In this document: positions 13,259 through 28,249 of the stretch, in pieces
Layout: the number at the start of each line of letters is the position of its first letter
How positions within the stretch are numbered: position 1 is the stretch's first letter
Source of the DNA: Geosiphon pyriformis uo1
Taxonomy: Eukaryota > Fungi > Glomeromycota
Reading direction: 5' to 3'
Length of the DNA: 64,000 nucleotides
NCBI GenBank assembly: GCA_016748015.1
Contig: JAAOMT010000664.1
Location: forward strand, 2,023,870 to 2,087,869
Notes under the pieces: generated by a model
Told to the model about the DNA's origin: nothing
The model's database searches: none
Seen by the model: the letters and a program-made list of their open reading frames with translations, nothing else
Position numbers and translations under genes: made by a program

Positions 13259-13819
13259 AATGAAAACTTGAGAAGTTGATTTTGTGATTTAAGAAGTCGC
13301 AGATTTTGACTTTACAATGCGGAAATAGTACAGGGGACCTGGCGATGGATTTTTCATAATTAATGATTTTTTTTATTTTTGAGCCTAAAATTATCAAAAT
13401 ATTATATGTATTGTAAACATATAGCTTATACATCTTAATATAAATTTTGAGTACTACTTAATTAATATATAAAATAATATTTCAATAAAGCCATAACTTA
13501 AATATTTTATTCTAAAACACAATATTAATTTTTGTTTACATATTTGTATTAATTTTTTTATATAAAAATATTTAGAACAAAAAGTAAATTAATTGTAATC
13601 TTAATTGTTTTTACTGGTTTTAATATTTAAAAAAAATTTTAAAAGTAAAAACAGCTAAATAATATTTTTTTTTAAGTGTTTTTTAAGTAATATAAATTTA
13701 AAATAATTTTTAACTACTATTAAAACACTATTTTTAACTTTAATAAAAGTTTTTTTATTTAAATTTTTTTTTAAATAACCAATTAAAATTAATACTAGTA
13801 TAATTATTATTATTATTTT

Positions 13820-16800
13820 TTTTTATTAATTTAATAAGTGCAGCCTAACCACTATCTAGTATACAGAAAAAAAGCAAAATAAATCAAACTAAACTTGGTT
13901 TATGTGCTTTCTACACATGACCAACCACTCAAGCCAATTAAGGCAACACTATACACTCACAAAAACTTTATTATCATTATTCAAATCTGAAAAAAACAAA
14001 CACCATTTTCTAGAACCAAAATTAACAACAAAAGACTTGATTATACCAAGCATGCGAACCATATCTTCAGAAAACAGACTGGGCAAACCATGTAGAGAAG
14101 CAAAAATCCCATCTGTGTCACAAACCAAACTACTTTTTTCTGTGTCAACCCAAAATTTAGATCTTAATAACCATGTTCTACTATAATGACTCTTAGCCAA
14201 ACAGCAGACAAACTTGATGACAATTGAAATGGCATTCTTTCTATTACCAAAGATAGCAATAACTTCCCTAATCCAATCTATGAAAATAAAATCTTTGCAC
14301 AACTTGTGTACACACTGTCATTTGAGGTCTTTGCAAGAGTAAAGAGCACCAAAGACAAAACCAGGAGACAATTGTTTACCAAGGATTTCCACAAGTCCAT
14401 GTAGTTGGAAATAACCTTAAAATGCACCATTTTATCAGCAGAGCACATAAAAGCATGGTCAAAAATTCAATATCACCACACATTAGGCACAAAACACTCA
14501 GGTAGCACTTGTTATACAATCTCTTTCAGATGGCTACTGGCAATCTCTTATGCACAGTTTTTATTAAATAAGTATGTAAGGCAGCTAACTTTCTACTAGT
14601 AAACTCTGTCAACATATGAGAGTCAAAATGCCAAACAAAGGCAATACACTCCCAATTAACACATCAGATGTCCAAACTGTCCAAAACATTAGCACTAGGC
14701 CCAGTCTCTCATAAAGCTCAGTTTATAGTACAATATATATTATAAACAAAATAATGAACATTATTAGAGATGATAAGACCATTTGTCATAAGGAACCTAT
14801 TAGAAATGCCAACTGGAAGAACTAAGTTTGAATGTGCTGTAATGTGAGCAAGAGCATTAGCACAATTATTGTCTACAATGCCTGAATGCCCTTTTATCTT
14901 AACTTATTTTACTAAAATGTCTTTTGATCTGATTAAATTAACAATATGATGCCTTTCCACTCAGCAATTATTTCAAAAGTTGGGTTAGCACAATTTACTT
15001 TTCTGTACACAAGCATTCAAAACCACTTGGCTATTTGAGTGAAGCATAACAGAGCATGATGAAAGAATACACTCCAATGCCAAAATAATTGCCTGTAGCT
15101 TTGCCAAAGTAGAAGATAGCAAACCCTAAACTCTAATACCCACACCCAAGCCAATTTTAGAAAAAAAAGCTGCCACCCCATAAGCTACATCTCCTGTATC
15201 CAGACCACTCAATGAACCATCAGTATATATGGTCAGCTTTTTGGTCCAGACTTCATGCAAATACTCATGAGCACACAAGTAATCACCTGAACATAAAAAA
15301 TTAGAACTGTCCACAACAGCCTCACACATCTCAGGTCGTGCCAAATAATTATTTATATGTACAAAAGCCCTAGTAAACCAGAATGGCACCAGACCTCTAG
15401 AACTCAATCTTTTTCAATGCTGAAAGGTCTTCCAATTCATAACATGACTATGTTTAGTAACCAGAACATCTTCAAAGGCAAGACCAAAATGCTTCAAGGA
15501 ATACACCACATTAAAATAATCAGCAGTCCCAAAAATCTTAAACATAGGAAAGCAGTTAGAACCACAGAATACACAAGGTACATGATTAAATAAAGAAACA
15601 TTTGCATTAATGAAGATCTTCACAACCCCCACCAGAAAGTTATTCAAGAGACATACTTTTAGCTTGACTGGATGACACAAAGAATGAAGGGGCACCCACC
15701 CCAAAACTTGCAAATTCAAAGTATGGTGTTCGAACAAACAACCAAGAATTCCAAATGCATTAGAAAAACCAATCACTGAGGCAATTTTGGATTCAGTCCA
15801 CACCTGTTCAAATGATTTCAGATTATACAAAAACAAATAATGTAAGGCTTTATTGGGGAAGTTCTTTGACAATAAGGCCTTAGACCTAAGACTCTTTTTA
15901 ATCAGAACATTTTACTTTTGATACATATTCTTGGCAACAAAACTGAACTATATACAATAACAGATAATAGGCTGGAAGATTGTTGAAACCAAATAAAAAA
16001 ACTGTTTATCTGATACCACTTTTTTGAAGACCATATTTGAAAAAAATCTAACATTCACATAAGTCTTGAAAAAACTCAGCTTTGACAGACTCTTTGTTGA
16101 CAAAAAGACACCCAGTTACCTATGGAACTCACCTCTTCTTGTTATTGAGATGAGTTTACCACTGATGAACAAAGATGCATTTGCCACTTTTGGGTTAATA
16201 AAAATGGTTACAGTCTTGTTATTGTTAATAAAAATGTCATTGAACTCAAAAAACTCACTCACAATATTCAAAATATATTGTGTCAAAGCCTGACCATTTT
16301 TCACCTAAATCATATCATTAACAAAAGCACCAGCCACAAAGAATGAAGACTTACTATCACTAGATTCAACTCTGCCAGATTTCATCACAAAATTTGAATT
16401 GATTCTATAATCACACAATTGTTTCTGTTTTTTAACTTCACACAGCAAAAGATTGTAAAAAATCCTTCAAAGAAGTAGAAAAAAGATCTCACCCTAATCC
16501 AATCTATCATGGACCACATATCTATCCAAAAGATCATAGTTAGTCATAATTTTATTAACCCTGTTCATGTAAATTTTGCCAAAAAACTTGATAAATTTGC
16601 CACACATCTTAATGTGCTCCAAACTAGACTTTAGATGATGCCAACTGACTGAATCATATGCTTTTTGCATATCCTATAAAACCAACCAAATTTCTCGACT
16701 TTTTTCCAAAGAGTCTTCTACAACTGAGCCAATAGTAAAAATAGGAGACTGAGTTGAGGTGCCTCTTAAGACTGAGAAATTGTCATCACACAAAATGCCA

Positions 16801-19800
16801 AACTTGCTGCACACAAATAAAATACAATCTGACAAAATCTTGGACAAAATTTTTTTCACAGTCTCAATTAGCACAATTGGTCTGGTATTAGTTAAAATCT
16901 CATCCCAGTCATAAGATTTGGGGATCATAGAAACCCATGTTTTCTTCCAAAAAAAAGGAACATTGTCAGCCCTCAGACAAGAATTCAACAAATCCAGAAG
17001 ACAAGCCATTACATCATTGCCACATTGTTTTCACAACTCATTAGGTATGCCAAAAAGACCAGTGGCCTTGTCATTAGGCAACTCACTGACCACTAAGGAC
17101 AATTCACTCAAACTAATGTTATTCATTACTTCTGAGAAAGCAGTATTATCTATATGCTCTAATGGGGCATATTGATAAGCCCACAAACTAGGCAGAATGG
17201 GAGAGACCTTTCTTTTGCAAGTCCAATCCACCATAATCTCATCAACTTTGGATCTTATTTCCTTAGATTCCAAAATCAATTTATTCCCAATTACCAGATA
17301 ATTCAAAACAACTTTATGAAATAGTCACTCCAAGACACTTTTGATTATTCCACCCTTATTTAAACTAAAACTTTCCATACATTTATCAATTATATTTTTG
17401 ATGTGTCCATTCCTGGCAAGCTTAACTTCATAGTATTTGGACTTTTAATAATCCTTTTTAACTGTTGACAAATGCCCAAACAACTCATTTATCTTTAAAC
17501 CACTCTGAAACACACCAAAAAACTTAGATGCCTCAGCATCATCATGAGTTGACCAGATCTGAACAAGACAATCAAACTCTAACATGTGACCAGAACTCAA
17601 ACACTTCATAATCTTAGTAACCAAAGATTCTAACTTGAAAAACTTCAAAGACTGTTTGTTTTTTGAACAGTCAAACTCACAGAACCAATGTTTTGAAAAT
17701 ACCTCATTAGCCAAATTACATATTGTCCCTCTCAAAACCTCCCACATTTTATTTAGATCCACTCTTTCTTTTGCAACCAAAAAAAACTCCAATAATGCAG
17801 CCAACTTGATTGAAGAAAGCTCTTTAAAATGCATCTACTTGGCTGTATTTGTATTTTTGATCTTGAACTTCCATTGGTTTTTATTAGTCTGTTTATAAGC
17901 ACTGTTCAAACAGGCATCCACCAAACCTTCTAATCCTACCAAGATCCCAACCATATCATGATTGGTATTAAAATAATTAGACACCAAGATAACTTCATGC
18001 CCAACAACAGCTGAAGCTAGACTCTTATTTATAAAGATGTAGTTGATAACTCTTTTAGCCCCTCAAAAATTACTCCAAGTGCTAAACTTACTCAAAGAAG
18101 ATCCATCCAATGCATTGATTAGATCTAGATCTGAACATTTTTTGAAACTGGCACACTTTTTAGTTCCATTTTTGTTGAAGTTGCCACCAAGAACCATGAA
18201 CAAACTTGTATTAATGGCCTTGGAAATAAGCAAATTGACATTAAAAGCTTGAGCAAATCTTGCTTTGGCCAAAACACCAGCATACAAACCCAGAAATGTA
18301 ATCAAAAGCCTATTTTTGAATAACAAATAAATGGAAACAACTTGGCCAGGAACTTCTTCAATTTTTGAAACATGCTGAGCTAATAAACTATTCATTACAA
18401 TAGCCATACCCACACCAAAAAATCCCTCCACCAAACCAGAAGTAAAAATTCTAACTCCTTCAAACTTGTTCTTGACTCAAGGCCTAGCATTTGACCTTAA
18501 CTTAGTTTCAGTAAGAAAAAAAATCATATTATCAGACTCCAAATGCCAATACACAATGTCCTCTTGTTTTGCAGAATTGGTCATACCTCTGATATTGCAC
18601 ATGGCAATTTTCCAAACCAGATCCATTATTGAGAAGAATGAATAAAAGGAACCAAACCAATATTGTCTATTTTGGCTGAAAGACTTATAACCATGATTAA
18701 CAAATTGTTCAAAGTTTTCTTCATCTTTGATACAACCAAAAAATCAAATGCCACCACTCCTGCCATAGTCTCACTACTAGTGACCACACCCAAACTCTCA
18801 CTTATTACTATATCCGCCCCTTGATTTTGTAACAAAGGGGTTACCAATGGCTGACATCCAGGGCTAAGCTGGAAAACTATTGGTTCAGATGTGTCCAACC
18901 TCTTAGCCAGCTTATCAACATGCTCAGCAAGGCTAACAAGACTGCACTCAAGAATGACAAACCTATTATTTAACTCCAAAAACACTAGTAGGGTAGGCTT
19001 TAACTTCAAAGAGTAGCCAGTACTTAAGAAACTATTCTGAACAGAAAGAAAAAAAAAGAAAGACCTATTAGCAATTTGCACTCAGAAAACACCCCCAAAA
19101 GAAACAGAACAAGCAACTGGAGCTGAGCATTTGACATAAATGGCAGCCAGCCTGCTTTTATCTGAATCTGAAAGAATTTTTTGTAACAAAGTGCCAGAAG
19201 TAATATTTCTTTTCCTACTAACAGAACAAGCCAAGGATGTATGACCCAACTTCTCACATCCAGTACACTTAGCTAAAACAAGATGTGACCAGTGCAGATT
19301 GGTCCCTTTTAAAACAGACATGGTCTCTATGACAACATCCAAAGACTTAACAGAATCAAAACAAACAGTAGCACATCTGGTCTGAACATAAAAAATTGGA
19401 TGCTGGTCAATAACACAAGTTTTCTTATCCACTGAAGTAATGTAGTCTTAAATATTATGTGTATTAGTCCCCATTAGCAGAGTATACAAAAGAGCTTTGT
19501 AAAGATTTCTTGCATTCCATGATTCTTTGTCCACATCAGATTTTGCAACACATATCACATTCTTCCTGATCAGAATAGACTATTTTGCTGTAACCAAATC
19601 AGCATAATCAACCTGGTCAAATTCAACCACTGCTTTCTGTCACAGTTCCACCAATTGCATTTTGATCAACTTGATTAATCCAAATTCGGATAACACAGCA
19701 TGAACAGCCTCAGCTGACATTCCAACTGGAATTTTCTTCAACACTACAGTCCAATCTGAGTAACTAGTAGATTTCTTGAAATTGGTATTTACCAAAATAT

Positions 19801-20560
19801 TTGCTGCTCTTGCCTTTTCTGTAGCCTGTGCCAAACTAGATTTAGAAGTGAAGGAAGCATGGATGATCTCAGAAAATTTTGAAAAAGTAAAGGCCTGTCT
19901 AAAACCATTGACTTTTGAAAATAATTTTCTAATCACCATCAGCTTTTCTTGAGAAAATTTTCCAACTACTTTATCCAAACCAATATCTAAAGCAAAAAAT
20001 TTTCTAACAGAAACAGTGATTAAATTTTTCAAGGGAGGAGGAAGTTCTAGAAGAGCATTTAAGAAAACATCATTATTATTATTACGACTTGAGAAATCTA
20101 TCTTCTTCAATGACTTGTCCAATGCTTTCTTAGTTTTGACACTAGGCTCTTTGGGCATCTGATCATGATTTCTATTAGCAAAATTGCCACTCTCACCATA
20201 GTTAAAGCTGGTTTTTTTACCAGACACTCTTCCTTTATATCAATGCTTTTAAACTCAGTAGTGTTACTAGTCTCAGAACTCCATAAATGACCACTTGGCA
20301 TCTTAGTAGGCACTTCTTTGCCATCAATATTCTCCTCTAAAATAACACTTTTTCTTTTCTTCCTTGACAAAACAGGCTTGAAATCCCACCTGAGCCAGAT
20401 TCTTTAACAACTTTCTTTATGATGACAATATTAAGGCCAACAATGGCCTTGAAATCAAAAAATGGTTTGGTTTTATTGTACTAAATGTTGAAAAAATATT
20501 TTTTAAAAACTCTTGACTTTTTTTTGGGAATTTGGAATAAATAAAAGAAAAAATTTTGTT
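13820..20560 (-). mobile_element. Full-length degenerate LINE, copy A (ORF1 ~20460-18626; ORF2 18626-13949: APE, RT, RNase H, C-terminal Zn finger)
   Basis: ORF1 knuckle CTGCEKLGHTSLAC; APE motifs CNIRG, TETKL, GGNFN; RT IPK..RPIVL, AFVNDMI; RNase H YTDGS; A/TAA-rich tail; many stops. Confidence 0.92.
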
Positions 20561-21486
20561 TTTATTATTATTATTATTATAAAAAAGTTTAAAATTTTTA
20601 ATAATAAAGTTATTTTTTTTTAAATAATTAGAAAAATCAAAAAAACCAAAAATCAAAAAACTAAAAAACAATTCTTTTAAAATATTTAAAAATATTGTTT
20701 TTCTTAAAAATTTTTAAAATATCACTTTTTTAAAACTTATTTTTTTTGGTAAAAATACAATATTGGTTTTATCTGATTTTTTTAATATTTATATTATTTT
20801 ATAATAATTGTATTAATTATAATATTTAATTTAAATTTGGCTATAAACAAAAATAAATTTATTTAAATAATAACAATAATAATATATTTATTAAAACAAA
20901 TTTTAATTAATACTTGACTAAATTGTTTAATGTGTTAAATTTTAATTAATATTACAAAATAAAATTATAAATATAAGTACTTTTTATTAAATATTAATAA
21001 TTTTATCTTATAATATTTATATTATATATTATAACTATTTTAACTATTTTAACTATAAAATAAACATAATTATATAAAAACAATATTTAAAGAATACCAA
21101 GAAAACTTTTTTCTTTTCTATATATAAAATTTCTTAAAAAACATAATTTTTGAAAAGAAATTTTTTTGTTTTATTTTTTTTTCAATATTTTACAAACAAA
21201 TAATCTTTTTATTGTAAACTTAAAAACTGTTTTAAGTAATAGCATATTTAAAAAAAAGACATATAAAAGAGTTTTTTATATTTTTATCAATAATTTTTTT
21301 TTAAAAAAAAGTTTTTTTTGGTAATATTAAATACTCTGATAATAATAAAAAATGTTTCTTTGATCAAATCTAATTTTGGTAATAATATTTAATTAAATAT
21401 AAATGACAAGTTTAGCAATAATAAAAATAATAATGGTTTAATTGGTTTTAATAGTGGGTTTTTTTAAATTCAATAGTTATTATTCT

Positions 21487-24400
21487 TTTTTTATTTATTT
21501 ATTTATTTAACGAGTGAGGTCCAAATACTGCCTAGTACAATATATCATACAAGTGATCTAAACTAAGTGTGAATCATGCATTTTTTACACGTGACCAGCC
21601 ATTCGGGCTAGTTAAGACAACACTAGGCACTTATATGTACTGAAACCACATCACTGATATTTGCAAAAAATAAACAAGACTTACAAAACCCAAAACTCAC
21701 ACCAAATACATCTGCAATACCCAACAACTTAACTACACTGGCTGAGAGCACTAAAGGAAGACCAAAGACCAAAACAGGAACAGAACCATCACATGGAATC
21801 ATGTCACTCTTTTCCATAACAGCCTGGTGTTTAGCATGCACCAGCCAAATATTATTACAAAATACAAGACAAAACTCATGCATAAAGGCCATGATATTCC
21901 AGGCTGCAACTTTAGAGTCTTTAAAAACAGCAACAGATTCATGATACCACTTATTGAAAACAAAGCTCTTATACAGAGTCACACCAACAACAACATTAGA
22001 GATGCAATTAAAAAGTAGCTGCAAAACACATGAAGAGGAGCAAGACAACTCCGAACACACCTCCCAAATAGATGCATCAAATGGGCATGAAAACACATGG
22101 TCTGAGATTTTAATGTTACCACAGAATAAACATATTACACTGAGATAACTCCTATTATAAAGACACTTATGTACAGCAACTGGAAGACCATGATGTAATG
22201 TCTTCATAAAATACATCTGAAGGCCAGCAGTATGAGCACTGGTGAAGCCAACAGCAAAATACAAGTCTGGATGTCACACCAAAGAAGACCTGAACTAATC
22301 AACATCAGCATACAGACTATCTACTAAGACCTGAGAACCAAAACCAACCTTTCAGCATGCATGGTAAACTGATTGAAAGACACCATGAACAAAATGTTTA
22401 GCATTACTGGACACTGCAGCACCACCAGCCCTAAGAAAATATTCATTGATCATGTAAGAAAGTTGCACATTAGATAATGCAGCAGCTCCAGTAAAAGCAT
22501 CAGCCTGTTCATTGCCCAACACACCAGAGTAACCTTTAACTTTAACCCAATTAATATCCAAATTTTTTGACGAATAACATTAGCAATGTGGTGATGCTCA
22601 ATCCAACACTGATTCCTGAAATCTGGATGAATCAATCTTGATTCAGATTTGCATGCATCCAAAGCAGTCTGGCTGTCTGAAAACAAGTTAATCGAGTGAG
22701 AAGGAGAAACACACTCAAGAGCCAGAGCTATGGCCTGCAACTCTGTCATAATAGAAGAGACCAATCCAAACACTCCCACACCCAAACTCAAATTAATGTC
22801 TTCAAAAAAAACCACAGCACCAGCTTTCATACCAAGAGTACCCAGCCCACTCAGAGAATCATCTGTAAACAAAGAAAGATGATCAGAATCAACCTCCAAC
22901 AGATGACTACGTACAACCTCAAATTCACAAGATTTAAAAGCACTAGACAAACCAACTTCTGACAACAGAAGATTACGAACAGAAGATGGCCCAAAATCAT
23001 TCAGAAAGTAAACAGAAACATCAAACCAATGAGGAATTGGGTCCTGAAGATCCAATCTCTTCCACTACTTGAAAGTCTTCCATTCGAAAAAAGAACCAGC
23101 ACAATTGCGAAGCTGTTCAACAAAGACAATTCCATAATGCCGAAGTAAAGAGACACATTTATGAAAGGTGGGCTCACCAAGAATGTCAGACATAGAAGTT
23201 CTATTTTGAAAACAAAAAGCATTGGTCACGAGACCACCCAGAAATAAGTCACACCCCAAAAAGATCCAAACTATGCCAGCCAAAAAATTATCCAAAGGAT
23301 TGATATTAATACAAAAAGAGTAAAGCAAGGGATGACAAGAGCACCAGCTGAAAACTTGCAAGTCATGTAATCTATGCGCAAACAAACAGCCTAGGATACC
23401 AACAGAATTGGCAAAACTGACAACAGAAACTGACTTGCTTTTAGCCTGAATCTGCTCAAAAGATTTCAAATCATACAGAGAAGGGTGGTGAATTGCATCA
23501 TTGGGAAAGTCGAATGGCAAGCTAGATTTGGATTTTAAACTCTTACAAATCATAGTGTCCCACTTCATGCACACATTAAGAGAAACAAAACTGAACTGAG
23601 TTCTATAAGCAACAATAGGATGAAGAACTGCTGACACCAAATATAAAAACTGCTTGTTAGAGATAGCCTTTCTCAGCATGAGATTGGTAAAAAACCAGAC
23701 ATCCAATTAAGCCCTAGCTAAGCTAGGCTTCAAACAACTCTCAGTAGATAAAAAAATTTCCAGGTACTGATAAGACTTCCTCTTCTTGGCTATCGAAATA
23801 AGCAAACCATTGATCAGCAAACAAGGGTTAGAAACTCTGCAATTAATGAGAATGGCCACTGTTTTATCATTATTGATCGAAATGTCATTGATCTGAAAAA
23901 ATTTGCTAGCTATATTGAGAATATGTTGCATAGTGGCCTGGCTGCTACCAACCCAAATTGTGTTATCAACAAAGGCACCAGCAGTGAAAAAAAAAGTCAA
24001 ACCAGCTCGAGATTCAAAGCAACCAGTCCTGGTCACAAAGCGAGAGTCCAACCTGTATCCATATACACTTTCTTGTCTTTTGACCTCACACAAAAGAGGA
24101 TCATAAAATATGCGCCAAAGAAGAGGCGAAAACATCTCACCTTGGTCTAAAATATTATGCATCTAATACCCATTGGTCAGCCCAAAATCTGTCATAACTT
24201 TGTTGACCTGACCATTGTGGATGCCACCAAAAAACCGAATAAATCTGTCACACATCTTTATTCTAACTAAACTTGCTTTCAGATGCTCCCAGCCAACAGA
24301 ATTATAAGCCTTTCACATGTCCTGCAAGACCAGCCACAGTTCATGGTTCTTTTCCAAAGCATCCTTAATGACTGATCCAATAGCAAAAATAAGAGACTGT

Positions 24401-27400
24401 GTGGTCATACTTTTTAAAACAGAAAAATTATCCTCTCTGAGAACATCAAATCTACTGCATGCAGAAGAAATCCTGTCTGAAAGAATCTTGGAAAGAATTT
24501 TATGAGCTGTTTCAATTAATGCAATAGGATGGATGTTTGTGAAAACATCTTTCTACTCATATGATTTGGGAATTATTGACACCCAGGTCTCCTTCCAAGG
24601 CCTGGGAACAGATTCACAGTCCAAGCAAAAATTCAAAAGAACCAACAGCATATCCAAAACTAATCTGTTATAATGCTTCCATAACTCATTTGATATACCA
24701 GAGAGACCAGCTGCTTTCTCATCGAACAGATTTGAAATAACATTAGACATTTTATCAAAGTCAATTGAGCACATTACGCCAGAGAAAGCTTCATCAAAAA
24801 CATATTCCAAAGGCTGATATTGGTGACGCCACACATCAAGGACACCAGAAACCATGTTGCACTTCCTAGTTCATCCTTTCATAATCACATCCATCTTGGT
24901 TCTAACAAGATCAGGTTTCAAAACCAATTTATTATCCACAACCAAATGGTCTAAAGTTACTTTGCAAAAAGGACATTCTAGTACACTCCTAATAGTATAA
25001 TCTTTGTTCAATTTGAAATTTTTCATCCTCTTATTTATCGCTGATCTGATTCTAGATTCCCTAATACATACTGCTTCCAACATTTTGGAGGAGTGATATG
25101 ACTTTCTAATCTTGAACAAAACTGACCGAATGGCATTAAAGGGAGAATCTGACAAAAAAAAAGATTTTACCACAGATGTATTAACCAAATCTAAACTCTC
25201 CTATTTATCAAGCAAGAATGTAAATTCTCCAAAAAAATCTAAGTAAAACACCTTAATTAGCTTCAACATTAAGAGCTCCAGTTTGTGAAACTTAGATGAC
25301 TTCCTAACAAAAACATGATTATAGTCTTTAAATTATTTCCTTTTAAAAACTGCCTCAGCCAACAGACACAATACTTTATAAAGAGCAGTCCACATCGCAT
25401 CCAAATCCAAGTGCATTTTGGCTGCAAAAAACTCATCATAAAACATAACTGAATTTGCTGTTGTATCATCCTTAAACTTGGCCTACTTAATAGCATTTGC
25501 ACTTTTGCAATTGTACTTCCAACAATCTTTATTTGCCTGCTTGTAAATAGAATTTAATCAAACATTGAGCAGACCATCCAAACCCACTAACAATAAGACT
25601 GTCTGATGATTAGTATCAAAATAATCCTCAACTCCAAACACATCATGACTCACTATTGTATTGACCAAGTTTGAAGAAATGAGCACATAATCAATTGTCT
25701 TAACCACGCCCTGAAAATTGGACCAAGTTGGTGACTTCTCACTAGAGCTCCCACCCAAGGCATTGACCAAACCAAAATCCAAGCATTTCTTGAAGCTTGC
25801 ACACTTACGAGAACCATTTTCATTAAAGTCTCCTCCAAGAATAACAAAAAAAGATTCATTAACAGTCTTTACAATAAGAGAATTAATATTGCTAGCCTGA
25901 GAAAACTGAGCTACTGAAAAGGCACCAGCATAAAGCCCCAAAATTGACACTGAAAGTTTGTTTCTGAAAAACAACTTAATAGACAGAAGCCAACTAGGCA
26001 CTTTTGAAATCTTGTACATATGTCTTGCCAAAAAAAAGTTCATAACAACCACAACACCAGCACCTAGATTACTAGATTCCAAATCAGAGGTAAACACTTG
26101 CACATCATCAAATTTGTTGACAATTCAGAGACGAACTTTTTCTTTTAACTTTGATTCTATAAAGATAGAAACTAAATTGTCTTTTTCTTTATGCCAATGA
26201 ATAATGTCATCCTGTTTTGCAGAATTGTTCATTTCTTTAACATTACAAGTTGCAACTCTCCAGATCATATCACTTATTGAGAAAGAAGAGGGGTACAAAC
26301 CGAACCAGCATTGTCCAATTTAGCCAAAAAGCTCATAACCGTGAGTGAAAAATTGTTCAAAGTTTTCTTCATTTTTGAGATAACTGCAGGATTAAAAACC
26401 ACCACTTCTGCAACAGTCTCACCACCAGTGGCCACACCTAAACCCTCACTCATCACTATATCTACCCCTTGATTCTGTGATGAAAGGGTCACCAATGGCT
26501 GATGTCCAGGACTAAGCTGAGAAACTGTTGGCTCAGGTGTTTCCAACCTCTTAGCCAATATGTCAACACACTCTGCAAGGCTGGCAAGACTGCGCTCAAG
26601 AGCGGCAAACCTATTATCCAACTCCAAAGACACTAGCAGAATAGGCTTCATCTCTGAAAAGGAGCCAGCTTTCAACAAAACATTCCAAACAGGAGGAGAA
26701 GGAAAAGAAGACCCACCAGCAATTTGCACCCATGAGACACCACCAAAAAAAACAGGATAAGCAACTGGAACCAAACACTTGGTGTAAATGGCAGCCAGTC
26801 TACTTTTATCTAAGTCAGAAAGAGTTTTATGTAAAGAAGCACCAGAAAGAACATTCTTTTTCTCACTAACAGAGCAAAACAATGATGTATGGTCTAATTT
26901 CCTACACCCAGCACACTTGGCTGAAACAAGATAAGACCAGCACAGATTAGTCCCCTTTAGTATAGGCATGGTTTCTATGACAGCATCCAATAACTCAACA
27001 GACAGTAGTACATCTGGTTTGGGCATAAGAAACTGGGTGACAGTCAATCACACAAGTTTTCCCATCCACTGAAGCAACATAATCCCAAATATCATGTACA
27101 TTGGTTCCTACTAGAAGAGTATACAAAAGGGCCTTGTAAACATCTCATGCATTCCACAATTCTTTGTCCACATCAGATCTAGCAATGCGCACAGCATTCT
27201 TCCCAATCAGGATAGACCAGTATGCTCAACCTGCTCAAATTCAACCACAGCTTTTTGCCACAGCCCCACCAATTGCATTTTGATCAACTTAATAATGCCA
27301 AACTTGGATAGTGCAGCACGTACAGCCTTAGTTGAAGTATCAATTGGAATTTTCTTCAATACCACAGCCTAATCTGAATGCCTAGATAGTTTTCTGAAAT

Positions 27401-28200
27401 CAGAGTTTACTAAGATCTTTGCCTCTTCAGCCTTTTTAAATGCCTGTGCCAAACTTGATTTAGAAGTAAATATTGCTCTGACAATCCCAGCAAATTTTGA
27501 GAGGGTAGAGGCCCCTTCAAAACTATTGATTCTTGAAAACAATTTTCTGACAACCACAAGCTTTTCTTGAGCACATTTTCTAACAATATTATCCAAGCTG
27601 ATGTCCAAAGCAAAAGACTTCCTGACAGAAATATTGACCAAGTTCTTCAAAGGAGAAAAAAGAACCACAGATTTGTCCAAAAGTATATTATTAATATTAT
27701 CATCTAAGAAGTTAATTTTCCCTAGTGGTTTTCCAAGTGCCCTTTTAGTAAGAATCTTTAAACTTTTGGGTGTTTGCTCTGAGTTCTCTCTAGCAAAAGC
27801 TCTATCATCCCCATGATCAAAGCTGGTTTCCTCAATCAGACATTTTTCTTCCATATCCACACTATCAGATTCAGTAGTATTACTGGCTTTCAAACTCCAA
27901 GAATGACTACTTAACACCTTAGCAACAACAAATTTTCTATTACCAATATTATCCTTTAAAGCACCACCTCTTCTTTTCTTTCTGGACTCAGCAGACTTGA
28001 CACCAATATTAAAGCTAAACTCCATAACAGACCTGTTTAGAACCACAATATTAAGGCCAATGGTGGCCTCATAATCAAGCACAAATAGTTTGAAATTAGC
28101 ATACTGAATAATGAAAAACAGAAAAAACTTCTTTCAAAAAATATTTTGGCTTTTTTTCGGGAATTTGGGATGAACGAGAGAAAGAAGTTTTATTATATTT
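21487..28200 (-). mobile_element. Full-length degenerate LINE, copy B (ORF1 ~28082-26274; ORF2 ~26277-21623)
   Basis: CAGCRKLDHTSLFC knuckle; GGDFN, IDYV, TNH (APE); QGEMFSPLLW, AGAFVDNTIW (RT); FTDDS, TELQAI, SDSQ, VKGYSG, GNEQAD (RNase H); CLFCG..DHVFSC. (TAAA)n tail; candidate TSD GTTATTATTCT at 21476-21486 and 28201-28211. Confidence 0.94.
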
Positions 28201-28249
28201 GTTATTATTCTCAAAGCCAAAAAAGTAAATACTAATTAAATTGTGACTT

